Below are positions 1 to 13,448 of a DNA stretch of 64,000 nucleotides, piece by piece; within the stretch, counting starts at the first letter, position 1, and each line of letters opens with the position of its first letter. The notes below the pieces were generated by a model. The model saw only the letters and a list, made by a program, of their open reading frames with translations. It was not told the DNA's origin and made no database searches. Origin of the DNA: a virus (taxonomy: Duplodnaviria; Heunggongvirae; Uroviricota; Caudoviricetes); the IMG/VR virus record IMGVR_UViG_3300028886_000047. One strand, written 5' to 3'. A program made the position numbers and the translations under genes.

Positions 1-1251
1 AGAATTTATGCTACATTACAATCTGCAGGTATCCTTATGAATGATGAAGTCCAATAGTCTTGGAAAAATCTTATTACAGGAAAACCAATCACTGCCAAAG
101 ATTTTGAAAACTTTAAATGGACATTACATGCTATTACAGGAGGAACCAATGCAGCAAGAGGACATTTTACAGAAAGAAATGTTGCTAGACAAGTTAAAAG
201 CAATAATAAACCTACTATTGAGACCAAATCTGGAAAGAAAGTTACTTTAACAGAGGATTAGGTAAAGAACATTAATAAAATTGGAGGAAGAAAGGGTCAA
301 AAAGCTGCAGAAGAGGCATTTAAAAAGGCTACAGGAGAAGAAGCAAAAGAAGGAACATTTAGTTTTTAGGAAAATTCAAGAGCTTGGTATAATCCAAATC
401 GTTATTCACAACGTCTTAGAAATTGGACAAGTGATAATGAAAGATTAGTACTTCCTAAAATAGCTCAATCTGTGAATACCCAAGCTATCAATAGATTATT
501 GGAAATTGACAGAGCTAAACCTATTATTGGAGTAGGAAATCCATTAAACAAACGTTTCTGGACAGAAGGAGGCCCAAATAGAGGAGGATTAACTTTTGCT
601 TTAGCTTCCTATCGAAATAATTCACTGTCTCCAATACAAAAGGAAGAAATTAAAAAAGAACTGAAAGCTCTTCCACTTCTTAGAAAACCATATAATAAAC
701 CATCTGTAACTAATTAGGAAGTTATTCCTGAGTCAAGAAGACTTCCACAGCCGGGAGGAGAACATAAGGGAACTAGAATAGACGTACAACGTACTGGAAC
801 TTCTTCAACTAAAAATATTTCTACAGGAGAAGCTGTAAAGGAATTTACTGATTTTGATAGAATGTATATAACATCTACTAGAAAAAACTCTAAAGTTCCT
901 TCTAGAGCATTTGGAAATGGATATGGAACCTCTAAAGAACCGGAAAGTGGTAGTTTAGGTTTTAATGGAATTACCGCTACTGTAACAAAACTTGATGGAG
1001 ATAAAGGATTTTCCATAAGTTTTGGAAAAACTGGCGATACAGTAATTGCCAAATAGTATAAAGATGTTCAACAATTACGAAGTGATTTAGCAAGATAGTT
1101 AAATAAAGTTATCAAAAAATAGCATAATGTTAAGGAAACAGCCGCTCTTTTAAGACAATTTAAAGCTAAAGGTTGGCTTAAACAAGGTGGACAAATTAAT
1201 AATTTTAACTTAGATAAAACAATATCAGAATTTTTAAATAAATAGAAATGA
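1..1251 (+). CDS. late-module protein, 5'-partial, TAG-recoded (frame 1; in-frame TAG at 55-57, 259-261, 367-369 and further downstream); ends TGA 1249-1251
   Basis: Frame 1 is open from position 1 to the TGA at 1249 except for TAG codons. The six-frame track fragments it at every TAG (track ORFs 472..717 and 862..1056 are pieces of it). The stop overlaps the next start (ATGA). Confidence 0.55.
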
Positions 1252-4200
1252 AAATAAGACCTAAAAATAGTGTATTATATGCTGCAACAGGTGTAAGATT
1301 TTCATCTGCAAATGCTGGCGGTGCAAATTGGAGACAATAGGTGTTTAATAATTACCGTCAGCATTTGCTTGATTAGCTTTCCAAATATGGTGAAGCTAAT
1401 GACTATGGTGATTGGTTAAATGAAATGCAGCATAGACATTCTCAATTATGGAACTCAGCAAACCAAAGTGGAAATTGGGAAGATATTGCATATGAAAATG
1501 AGGACGTTGGTAGATATCAACAAGACTATAGAGGAGGCTTAGGTAATGATAATAACTATCAAAGATTTGGAAAAGTTTAGTTAAATCCCGAAGATAAATA
1601 TGATTTTAACTAGACAGGTATTAAAACAAATCAAGCAACAAGATATAATATCCCAGACCCTCCAAGAAGAGTTTCTGGAGATTTCTCCAGAAAAGGATAT
1701 AACTATAAAGTAGATAACTATTATAGTGCTATCACTGACGATAGAAGATTACTTGGTCGTAAAGGAGACTGGGATGAAAATAGTCAAGAATACAAGGATT
1801 GGATTAAACAATTAAATGATAGAGGTTGGACAATGGAATTAGATAACTCTGACCAATATTATAAATTAAAAAGATTAGGAACACCTGACCCTAATAATCC
1901 ACAGCAAAATCCACAACAGAATCCATCTACTCCATATTCTATAACTGGACAACATAACGATAAATATGGATTTGATTGGAATAAAATAGGAGAAGGATTG
2001 AAAAAATTAGCTCCAGACATTCTTGCTGGAGGACGTCTTGCTTATACACTAGCTTCTAATGAACGTATTTTTAACGAACAAGTTGAAGGTATTAGGCCTG
2101 ATTTAAGACAAAGTTATGATACTTATCGTTAGGTAGTTGGTGATGAGGCTGGAAAACAATAGTATTATAGAAGAGCCGCAGAACTTCAAACAAAGGCAGG
2201 ATAGCCTATAGGTTCTGATTAGGATAGAAATCAAGCTTATATGATGGAAGCTAACCGTGTTGGAAATGAGTTAAAATCTCAAGGCGATATTGTTGATAAT
2301 ACTGAAATTAGAAGAACTTCTGATGAATCAAATCAACATCAATGGGCCAACACTTAGCGTCGTACTGAAGTTGCTAATGCAAATATAGCATCAATAAATA
2401 TGGCTAATAAATTACGTCATGATTTATTAGCTTTAAAACATTCAGCTAATGCAACATCTATACAGAATGAATTACTTGCTCGTGAAACAAGACTTAGACA
2501 GAGAGATGCTGAAAGAAGAGCTATTGAGGATTAGATATATGCTTTGGATGCTGAAAATAGATTATAGAATGATACTCAATACCAATCTCTGTATTAGAGA
2601 ATGTCTGATGCTTGGGATAAAGCTATTAAAAAGCATGGAGATAATGCAGCATTAGCTAAACTCGATCCAGATTTTATGGCAGCTCAAAGAGATTTCAAGA
2701 ATGCACAATATAGAATACAACGTATGCAATATTAGCATATGTTAGATAGAGCAAAGTCTGGAATGAAAATTACTTATAAAAAGAAAGATGATTTACTTTA
2801 TAAAACAGCTAGAGATGCAGTAGAACATTTTAGAAAAATGACTAAAATGACTTCTGATGCAAATAATAGACGTAGAATTAAAATAGAAAAATTAACTCCA
2901 CACCCGAAAGGAAATGCTAAAAAATATTAGCAGGGTGGTGTAGCCCCTTTTTTGGTATACACTCCAGCCGTTCTTGGTGGAGAAACCACAACAAGTACAC
3001 AAACTAGTTCTACGAATACAGGTTCCAGTAAATCATCAAAGAAAGAAGGAAGTGATACTCTTGATATGGTTAAAGAATTATTTAAAGCTGCATAGGGTAA
3101 AGGATTACCTTCTGATATGAATAGTGTTTATAAATCTTTAAGTAATTTTTTAGCAAGAGCAGAAGCCTTTGGAACTGAATTATCAACAGACGATATTGCT
3201 AGTATGTATTTACAGCAACTTCAATAGTTAAATACTGTTGAATATATGAAGAATGATTTTGATAAAGCTAAGGAACAAGCTACTAATAATGACGCTTTAG
3301 ATGAATTTGCTGTAGATAGAGCAGGAAATGTCATAATTCAAAATATGGATACTGGCGATATAACTCCTATGAGTTGGAATGATTTCAAGCAAAAGAATGA
3401 TAAAAACTTAAATCCTTTAACTAATAGACAACTTCTTAATATACGTGCAACAAGTCCAGAATATGCTTTTAGAAATGGATTACTTGATATTGTTGGAAAT
3501 GGAGTTGGAATTACCAAAATTTCAGAGTGGATTAAGAGTAATTTGCCGAAAATAGGAGCTACTGAAAATACTTTGGAAGGATATACTAAATAGGAGTCTA
3601 ATTAGATAATTCAAGGTATTGAAATTTTAAAAGACGCTCCGAGTGGGGATTATAAACTTTCTCAATATACTAAAGAACAACAGTAGCAAGCAAAAGCAGC
3701 TTTAAATTATATTATAGGAATGATGCCAAGAAATATGAAAGCTGTTCTTAATATACACGCTGATATGCAAGGTACTACTCCTGATAAATTATTAACATCT
3801 TTAGTTCAATCAGATATAAGTACTAATTATAAATTAGAATTAGACGCTGTTACTGGAAAAGCTGCTAAGGATAAAGATGGAAATAGTAAAGAAGGTTTAG
3901 AAATAAATTCAGCAGTACAATTATTACTAGGAATGTCTAGTCCCAGAGAATTTACATTTAGTATAGGAAATGGTAATAGTTTTACAGGACTTGCAAGAGT
4001 GTCTAGTATTAATGATACTAATGAAACTCCATTTGGAGCTGATTTTTCTTATTCTGAAATTTATAAATCTTCATTAAGAAAAAATTTGGATTTAGATAAT
4101 GCTAGTTTTGGAGATGTTCCAATTAATAAAGCATTAAAAGATCGAATAATTATTGATAATAGTACTATTGCAGGAGTAGATTTACCCTATACAACAGATA

Positions 4201-4730
4201 GTAATGGAAGAATAATTCCTAATTTTAAAATGCTGAATAAAATAGAAGAGGCTGATTAGGAAGTATTAAAGTAGGGAATAAATCCAGAATAGGAACCACA
4301 AAAAGTTAATGAAATTTATGCAAAACACGGACTTCCTATAAAGTATGGAACGGATAATAGATTAACTGGAAGTTATAAAAGATTTGCTGTAGTTCAGGCT
4401 ACTGCTATTGAAGATGTATTTTTAAATAAAAATGGTTTAGCCTCCAATGGAACCCTTACGTTAGTATCTGATGAAAATGAAATTGATAAATATTTAGAAT
4501 AGTTAAAAAATATTACTGGGAAAAAAGATATTGATATGGATAGACCTGGATTATTTACAGGTGATAAAGATATATATAAAGGTTCTATATTTATTCCTAT
4601 AATAGGAGATTTGACGGATGCTATATCTGGTAGTAAAACTGGAAAATTAACCGAAAATAATTATGATGATTATAGAAATAAATGGAGTACTAGAAATTAT
4701 ACAGAAGCTCCCAAATTTGTTAAACAATGA
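1248..4730 (+). CDS. large late/virion-module protein (~1160 codons), TAG-recoded, unknown function
   Basis: ATG 1248, frame 3, continuous to TGA 4728-4730 with many in-frame TAGs and no TAA/TGA. Track ORFs 1833, 2739, 3246, 3720 and 4536 are fragments of this frame. The translation reads as a normal globular protein with a low-complexity PQQNPQQNP stretch. Confidence 0.6.
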
Positions 4731-7700
4731 GTAAGCAAAATGATTATTTTTTAAATTAGTTATATAATCCTGAGTTTAGTCCTGGAGATTTTTAGACCAT
4801 TGGACTAAACTCAGAAAATACTTCAATTGAGAACAAAGATGAATATAAAAAGTTAGAATTAGTTCAAAATAATCCTTTATTATAGACTGATGGAAAATTC
4901 GATGAAAATAAATTTAATAAATTATATGAATAGGCGCTGCTTGGGTTTAATTTAATGTCGAATAGTGCAAGTAACGAAAGATTAGCTACTTCTTATTCTG
5001 CATTTAGAGATGATATTTTTGCTAAATCAGCCAAAAGAACTAATTAGTCAGAAACTTTTATTACTAAAATGCCTAATCCAAATAGATAGTAGATAGGATT
5101 CGTTAGTAATAATATAATGGAAAATCCCAAACAATCAGTTAGGGAAATAGCTCAAAATCAATTGGTTTGGGATGGAGAAACAAATTAGTGGATAAATGCT
5201 CCTAATGATGGATTATTAAATAGGTTAAGTAATTTTATCAATCCAAAAGTTTTAGCACAATATGATGAAGATGAAGATATAAATGGAAAAAAAGCTTCAG
5301 AAATTGGATTTGATAAAGAACATATAGCACATAAAAAAGGAGAAAAGAAAATAAATCCTTTAACTGGAACATATTATTATGAAACTCTTAATGGAAGAGA
5401 TATTTATGGAAGAGACGTTCTTTCTGGATGGGATACATTAACTAAAGATGGCTCATGGATAAATCAATACGATTTTTTTGATTCTGATGATTTAGAAAAA
5501 TCTCCTACAGGATCTTTAATGAAATCTGTAGTTAAAGTAGCTCCTGCTCTTATTCCTACTATAGCACCTTGGTATATAGGGGCTAGAGTTCTTTTGAGTA
5601 GCGCTGATTTATTTGCTAAAGTCGGCAAAATGATTCCAGGTATTGGAAGTGAAAGTCCAATGTTGTCTTATTTAGAAGGATTAAATGCTGCTGCTACTTA
5701 GTCCACATCCGATTAGTCTAGAGGTTCTCAAGAAATGGAAATGCAGGCACATGCCTGGTCTTTAGAAAATTTACTAAATCTTTCAGCTGATGTATTTACA
5801 CAATTAGCTGAACAAAGATGGATGTTTACGCATCTTCCATCTCTTTTAAAAGGAAATAAACTGGGATTTAGTAAAGAAGCTCAAGAAAAATTTAAAAAAG
5901 ATTATGCTGATAAATTAATATAGAAATATAAAGGATTAAATGAATCTGAAGTATTAAATCCATTTGAAAGAGCTATAGATTTAAAAACTGGATCTATGTT
6001 AGAAGCACAAATGGCACTTGAATCTAAATTAGATTCTGCTAATAAATTCGGAGAACATGTTTCTAAACTATATATGACTGGTATAACAGTAGCAGATTCT
6101 TATGAGGAAGCTAAAGATTCTGGATTATCTGACACAGAAGCTGCTATATTTACATTAGCTTATGCTGCTGGAGAATATGGAATTTTAAATACGAATCTCG
6201 GAGAACATATACTTCCAGAACTAAGGGCAGAAAAACATAAATATAGAAATATTGAAAGAGTTCTTAGAGAAGGACAAAAGAATACTTCTGAAGAAGTTAA
6301 AAAAGATCCAAGAAAATGGTATTAGAGACTAATGGGATTTGCTAAAGAAGCTGTAGTTGGTGATTATAATGATGCTAAAATAGCAAAGGCTTACGCTACT
6401 AATTCTACAGCGAAAGCCTTAGCTACAAGTGTTATGTCTAATGCGTTAGGAGAAGGTTTAGAAGAAGTTTCTGAAGAATTATGGTTTGATATAGCAAAAG
6501 GATTACAAAATGCAGCTGTTAATTTAGGTATAACTCAAACAGGAAATAAATTAGAAACCTTTGATGGATGGAATCTCGAACAAACATTAAATAGATACGC
6601 TCTTAATTTTGTGGGCGGTTTAGCAGGTGGTGCCATAGCAGTGGGACTTCCTGGATTTTAGGAAGGTATTAAAAATATGCTTGGAACTAATATGGATTAG
6701 AAACAAGCATATTAGGAATTAATTGCTTTAATTCGTAACGGCAAAAAAGATGATTTTTTAAGAACTATTGATAAATTGGAAACAGCTGATTCGAATTTGT
6801 CGGCTACTGGTTATGAAATTATAGATGGAGAAAAAGTACCAAAACAAGGCACTCCAAATGATAACTAGGACAAAGCTAATAAAACTGTTCTTAAAGGTAT
6901 GGTTAATCTTATTGATAATCTTCTTACTATAAATGGAGTTAAAATGGATGATAAATCTATTTTATCTAAATTAACGGATGCTCCAGCATTGGCAAGATTT
7001 CAAACATTAGTAGGAGGAGAAGAAGTTGGATCAGCTACATTAGCAAACTATCTTCAAAGATTTAATTCATTATCTACTAAAATTGCTGACATAGCTTTAA
7101 AAATAGATGCCATTAAACATCCTAAATATGATTAGAAAGGAAAGCAACAAGCTGAATTACAACAAAATGCTGGAAATTTATCTTCATTAGAAGCGGAAAT
7201 GAAATCTCTTATAGAAGAAAGAGATGCTTATCTTAATGGAGATATGGCTAAAATTGTTATTCCAAAAGTAATATTTGAAATGTCTCCTTTACTTTCAGCA
7301 CCTTTTATCCAAACTAATTTTAAGGATTATGCTGAAAAATTAGAAGGAAAGGTATTAGCTGATATACCAGAATCAAGGTTAAATGAATTAAAAACGTCTT
7401 GGGAAAATTATAAAAACAGCAATTTTAAAGATGATATAGAATTTGCTTTTTAGAATTTCATGTTAATAACAGAAAAATTTTCTGAAGGATTAAAAGCATT
7501 TAATTTATCATATTTAAAAAATCCTAGTGATTATCAATAGAATCTTGGTAATTTATTCAGTTAGACCCAAAATATTATAATGTCTCCAGATAATGAATCT
7601 GAAGATGTTCAAAAGAGTACTCAGAGTTTTGAATAGACTGAAGGAATAGCTAAAATGACTACATTATAGAAAAATATGTAGGCATTACATTCATTGATGG

Positions 7701-10700
7701 AAAATGCTGGACTAGATGTTTCGGATATGAGCATAATGATGAATGTTGGAGAGGCAGTATCTTTAGAAGAGTTACTTCCTGGAGACATAATGAATATAAA
7801 AAGAATAGCTGATTCAATTGGAGAAAGTTTTGATGAAAATTCTTTTACTGAAAAAGATGTTAAAAGAATTAAAGAAAAATTATTAAAAAAGAAAATATAT
7901 GAAACTTTAGTAGAAAATTCTGATAAAGTTAAAGAAGTATTAAATAAAATTAGATATTTTAATCAATCTACAAGACAATATTTAAAAGATTCATTTTTAA
8001 AACTTGTTTATGAGTATGATAAAGATGGAGATTATTTTAATGATCCAGATTTATATGATGAAACTGATCCTGATTATCAATAGGAATTAGCTAAAAGAAC
8101 AGAGCTTTATAAAGAATATACTGCAATAATTGATAGTAAACCAACTACTCCTATAGAACAATTAGCTGATTAGTTTCAGCTGGCTTTAGGAGATAATAAT
8201 CATATAAAAATATCTGATTTAATTACTACTCTACAAAATCAAATGTCTTTAAAAGCTAATCTTGGGGTAATTGAAGAATTTGGTTATGGAGTTGATATTT
8301 AGGAACAATTAAAAAATGCTTCATTAATTATAGATATTTTAGCTTCAAATATTTTAGGAGCTAGAAGTGATGGAGGAAAACTTGGAGCAATATTTGGATT
8401 TAATTCTACAGTAAATTAGCTAAATCCAAATATGAAATTAGCTGAAATAGAAAAGGATTCTGCAAATACCTTAATGTAGGATTTAGCTAAATTAAAAACT
8501 CAACTTGAATATTTTAAAACTATTTTTGATGTAAATAGTGGACAAAAATTGGAAGAATAGAAAAAAATACATAACAGAGTAAACTATTCTTTTATAAAAA
8601 AGATGAAAGCTATTGTTCAAGCTCTTCCTCCTGATGACTGGAACGAAAAAGATGAGTCTGGGATAGGAGTTCTTGATAAATTATTAGCAGCTTTAAACAA
8701 AGCAAGTACTTTTGAATCTATAGATTCTAGTACTGAAGATACTAGATTTAATTTAGATTCTGAAAAATCTAAAAAGTTAGAAAAGGAGAGCATAGAAATA
8801 TAGGATGCATTATATGATTTCTTTCAAACTAATTTATCTAAAATAGAAGATGGAAAGTTAGATTTATCTATGTTAAAGATTCTTCCTTCTACAGACGCTT
8901 TTTCAAATGATTATGAGGGAACGCTTATTGATTCAAATATAGAATAGTTTGATGATAGAAGTGCTGTTATGTTAATGGCTACAGCAGCAGCTGTAAAAGC
9001 TTCTGATTTTTATGCAGAATATAAGAATAGCCTTGTTGATGGAATCGCCCCTATTCCTGGACAAGAACTTGCTACAAGAATGGCTTATTCTTTTTTATTA
9101 AATAAACCAATATTTCAATTATTCGGTAAAGCATATAATGATAAATTATTAAAAGAACTTGAAGGAGTAAATAGTGGGAAACAATGGGCTATGTATGGAA
9201 AAAATGTTTCTCCTAATGGAAAACTTGATAATTCTTATGCTTTGCAATTTTTAAATACTTTTCTTGTAGAAGGTATTCCAGGAGCAGGTAAAACTCAAGG
9301 TTTCCAAAGAGTTCTTTATAATATGTTAAACCAATATCATCCAGAATTACTTGATGAAGTTTGGTTTATTCATACTGATGAAGATAAAGCTAAAGCTTGG
9401 GCAGAAAAACTTGGTGCTGATCCTAATAAATCAAAATTCTTTAGTAAAAAGACATATCTTGAAACAATTTATCCAGGATATACTCCAGCTAAAACTAATG
9501 AAAATGGAGTTATTATTACCAGTAAAGATGAATTATAGGAAGATGGAGAAACTGGAATTTGGCATTTTAAAAATGTTGAATTATCTAAATCAGTAAAAGC
9601 TCCATCATTAATATTAATGGACGAATCTACAAGATTCTCTCAATAGGAAATGCTAGTTTCAGAAGCATTTCAACAAGAACATGATATTAGTGCTATTGCT
9701 ACTGGTGATTACGATTAGATTGGAGCTGTAGGATAGTTTGAAATAAGTGAAAATGTTAAAAATTTCTTAAATACTAGTGCTGATAATTTCTTTCACAGTC
9801 CTAAATTAGGAAGTTCTATGAGAACCGAAAATACTATCAAGGATTAGAATATTGCAGTAGCTAGAAAAAATAAATTGCAGACTATTTAGAAATTAGCTTC
9901 AAATCAATTAACTGAACCCCTTATTAAATTGTCTTATTATCAAGATAATTCTGGATTATATGGTGAAAGAATTATTGGAAAAGATAGTGCTGACTTAGAT
10001 GAAGCTATTACTTTAATGTTTGCTACATTAAAGGGAGAAAAAGATTCTGATGGCAATTGGAAAGGAGAAAAAATAACTGTTATATATTAGGATAAAGACT
10101 CTGATATTTATAAAAAACTATAGAAAATTGCTACAGAAAATGAAAATTATAGAGGAAAAATAAACTTTGTAGAAAGTAGTGCTGCTCAAGGTGATGAGGG
10201 ATAGTATTATATTGTTGATTTAAAACCTGTTGATGTAGGATTAGAAACTACAGCTAACATGGGAAATCATGCTAATTTTGTTAATACTTTTTATACTGCA
10301 ATTTCTCGTTCTTCACAAGGTACTTTAATAATAGAAAATCCTAACATTAAACAAATAGCTGAAACTAATAGAGTAAGAGAACTTGTAAAGAGTCCATTAT
10401 CTGAAGAAGCTAAGGCGAAATTCTCTAAAAATAGAATTGATGTTTTATCTGAAATAATTACATCAGAACCTGGAAAAACCCCAAAAGCTAAACGAAGAGT
10501 TAGTACTAATCCAATAAGAACAACCGAAACAGAAGGAACTGGAGAAGAAGGAACATCAACTTCCGAGGAAGAAGCTACTGAATTAAATAAAAAAACAGTA
10601 ACTATTAAAAACGATAATCCTAAAGAGTATAATATGTTATTACATTCTATGCCTGTCAATGAAACAGGTTTTGTAGAGGATGAGGATGGAAATTTTATCC

Positions 10701-13447
10701 CCAGTGTTGGTTACGAAGACGAATATGATGGAGATAAAATTAAATCTAGAGGGAGAATCGATGGTTTAAACGGATTAACTAAATTAGTATCGATGACAAA
10801 TTCTAAAGGCGAACCTCTTTCTGATTTTGCTAAAAACTGGGCTATTAAAAATGGAAAAATAGTTAATCAACAGGATGCTTTAGAAACATTAAATGAACTC
10901 GCTTAGATAGGTTTATATACTAAATCTATGAGTGAAGTTAAAAGACAAGTTAAAGATACTTTAGGACTAAACTTGGACGATTCTGAATTTGGAGTTGATT
11001 TCTTATTTATGATAAGAGATAATAAGACTGATGAAACTCATGTTAATGCTAAAAAATCTAGAGGATTTTTAAGATTTCTTGTTTCTCCTATTGAAACTAT
11101 TATGGGAATATTTAGAGGAGAACATACTCCTGATAATGCCAATAAAGTAAATAATAATAATAAAGAATTTGCTTTAAATGTTTATAGAGTAGTTGACGGA
11201 AAGAGAGTAAATATATTAACTAAGCCTTTATGTATATTTACTAATCCGTTAACAATGCTAAATACAGAAGGGTTCGAGGATTTAAAGAAAGAGTATAATA
11301 AAATTAAAGATGACCCAAATGCTCCTGAGAAATTTTTAAATTTATTATTAACTAATTCAGAATTAAGAAAACTTCCAAATGCTGAAAAATTAATAAAACA
11401 TCTTTAGATTTATACTTATAAAAGTAAAAATGGAGATGTAGTAGTATATTTAGACAAGACTTTACAAGAATTAGCTGATTCTACAACTGGCCCAACTATT
11501 ACTGTTAATGATTAGAAAGGAGCTTAGTATTTTTATACTCCAGAATGGATTTACGGAGGAGAATATACTAATCTAGAAGATATAGATTAGACTGCACATC
11601 ATTTAACAAAAGATATATATTATTCTAAAAATGATGTAGTAGTTAATGGAAAAGTTATAGTAAAAAAAGGTCACGGTTTTGTTCTTTGTTCAGATTTTTA
11701 TAGAAATATGTCAGATTAGGATTTATTTTAGTTATTTGTAGATAATGAACTGAAAGATAATCCTGATGGGAAAATATCTGTAATATATGTAAGTTCTCCT
11801 AAAATAAGTATTCTTGATTATTTTAAGAATTTTGCTTTAAAATATAAAGGACATAATAAAAACGACGGAGATCCAGATATTGACTCTAATATTGGTAATT
11901 AGTTGTCTGAATTTAGAATTGCTGAATTTATAACTAAAAATAATTCTGTATATGACCAATATTTAAAAGGATTAATTAATTCTAATCCTACTAATAAAAC
12001 ATTAACATTAGTTAAATGGGATATATTTAAATCCGTAATCCAACAAATTTCTACTGATTTTGAATCTTTAAGTGGTGAAGAAAAAGTAAGGTTACTTGAA
12101 AAAGACATTAAAGATACTCCATATCTTAAATTAATTAAATATGATGGTACTGATACAGCTACTAAAAAAATCATTAATAATTTAAGAGATAATATTTATG
12201 GAGATGGAAAACATAATTTAAAGAGTTTTATTGCAAATACTCTATTGAATTTTGTTCTTAAACAAAAAAATGGATTTATTGATGCTAAACTACATTGGAA
12301 TTCTGACGGAACTCTCGAAATAACTGATGATATTAATAATAATATAAATAAAGTAATTGAGTCTTTAGATGATAAATTTAAAGAAGGTATTTTTACTCAA
12401 ATTAAAAAATCTGAAGGTTCCGAAGAAGCTCTTGAATTAGGAGACCATACCTTTATCAAAGCTGACGCAGATAATTATGAAAATTAGTATGGCAAATTTA
12501 GAATTAACGGAAAAATAGATTCTACAATGTTAGTTATGAATGTTTCTTCTGTGATGGATAACATTTTAGATACAATAAATAATTCTACTAAAAAAGCTAT
12601 GTAGCAAGATTGGTATCGACTCGATAATAGAAAGCATATAGATGATACAGAAGAACCTATTAAAGTTGAAGATATAGTTTCTAAGGAACTCTTAGACCAA
12701 TTTACAAATCGTTCTGAATTAGCTACTTTAATATTAAATAATATTAAAAAATTTGAGAATCTTAACGGAGGTGATATAATAAAAGAAGATACGGATATAG
12801 AAGAATTATTACCTGTAATTAATGATTTAGGCTATATGATACTTGGAGAATACAATTCTAAAATTGATAAACTACAATATACTTTAGTTAAAATTCCAGC
12901 AGGATACTCTACCAATCTTATTGAAGATAGTTATACTGTTGTACACGATTCTTCTGGAAAATATTACGAATTAGAAAGTGATGGAACCGTATCTGAGATA
13001 AATGATGAATCTTGGTTTAAAAGGGATTTATTTGATGAAGATGATATAAATGAAATTAAAGAAAATGCTTCGAAAGATTTATCTACTTTAACTGATCCAG
13101 AAGATGTACTTTTAGCTAAAATATGGCAATAGGTTCAATCTAAATCAGAGGGAGAAGGTTCTGCCCAAAGTATTGATGATATTTTAAATATGGTTGAAGA
13201 GGAATCTTTATAGGAAATATTTACAGACCCTGATTTACAAATGTTTGCTGAAATCGGAGGAGAAAATGTTCCTATTGATAAAGAAACCTTTAAAGCTGAT
13301 ATACAGGACTATATTCAGAATAAGAAAAAAGAAAAATTGGCAGATACATTCTTAGAAGAATTTAAATATCAAAATATAAATGAAGAATTATTAGATACTT
13401 TAATGACAGCAATAAATGAAGCTGCCGATAATTATACAGGATGTTAA
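4727..13447 (+). CDS. giant late-module protein (2906 codons), TAG-recoded; contains an internal SF1-helicase-like P-loop ATPase core (~9270-10330)
   Basis: ATG at 4727 overlaps the upstream TGA (caATGAgt). Frame 2 is open to the TAA at 13445-13447. Every one of the 14 frame-2 track ORFs between 5519 and 13447 ends in TAG except the last (TAA). Motifs GIPGAGKT (Walker A), LILMDEST (Walker B), ATGDYDQ and YTAISRSSQG are present. Confidence 0.6.
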
Positions 13448-13448
13448 T

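Noticed and set aside
41-250. Track ORF 41..250 (+) and other short + strand ORFs in frames other than the TAG-interrupted one
   Set aside because: They lie in the wrong frame relative to the long TAG-readthrough frame (frame 1 here). They are artefacts of splitting at TAG.
1890-1925. Short tandem ccacarcaraat repeats (PQQNPQQNP) and gaattacaa x3 at 18815-18845 (ELQELQELQ)
   Set aside because: Low-complexity coding microrepeats only 2-3 units long. Not a repeat array.
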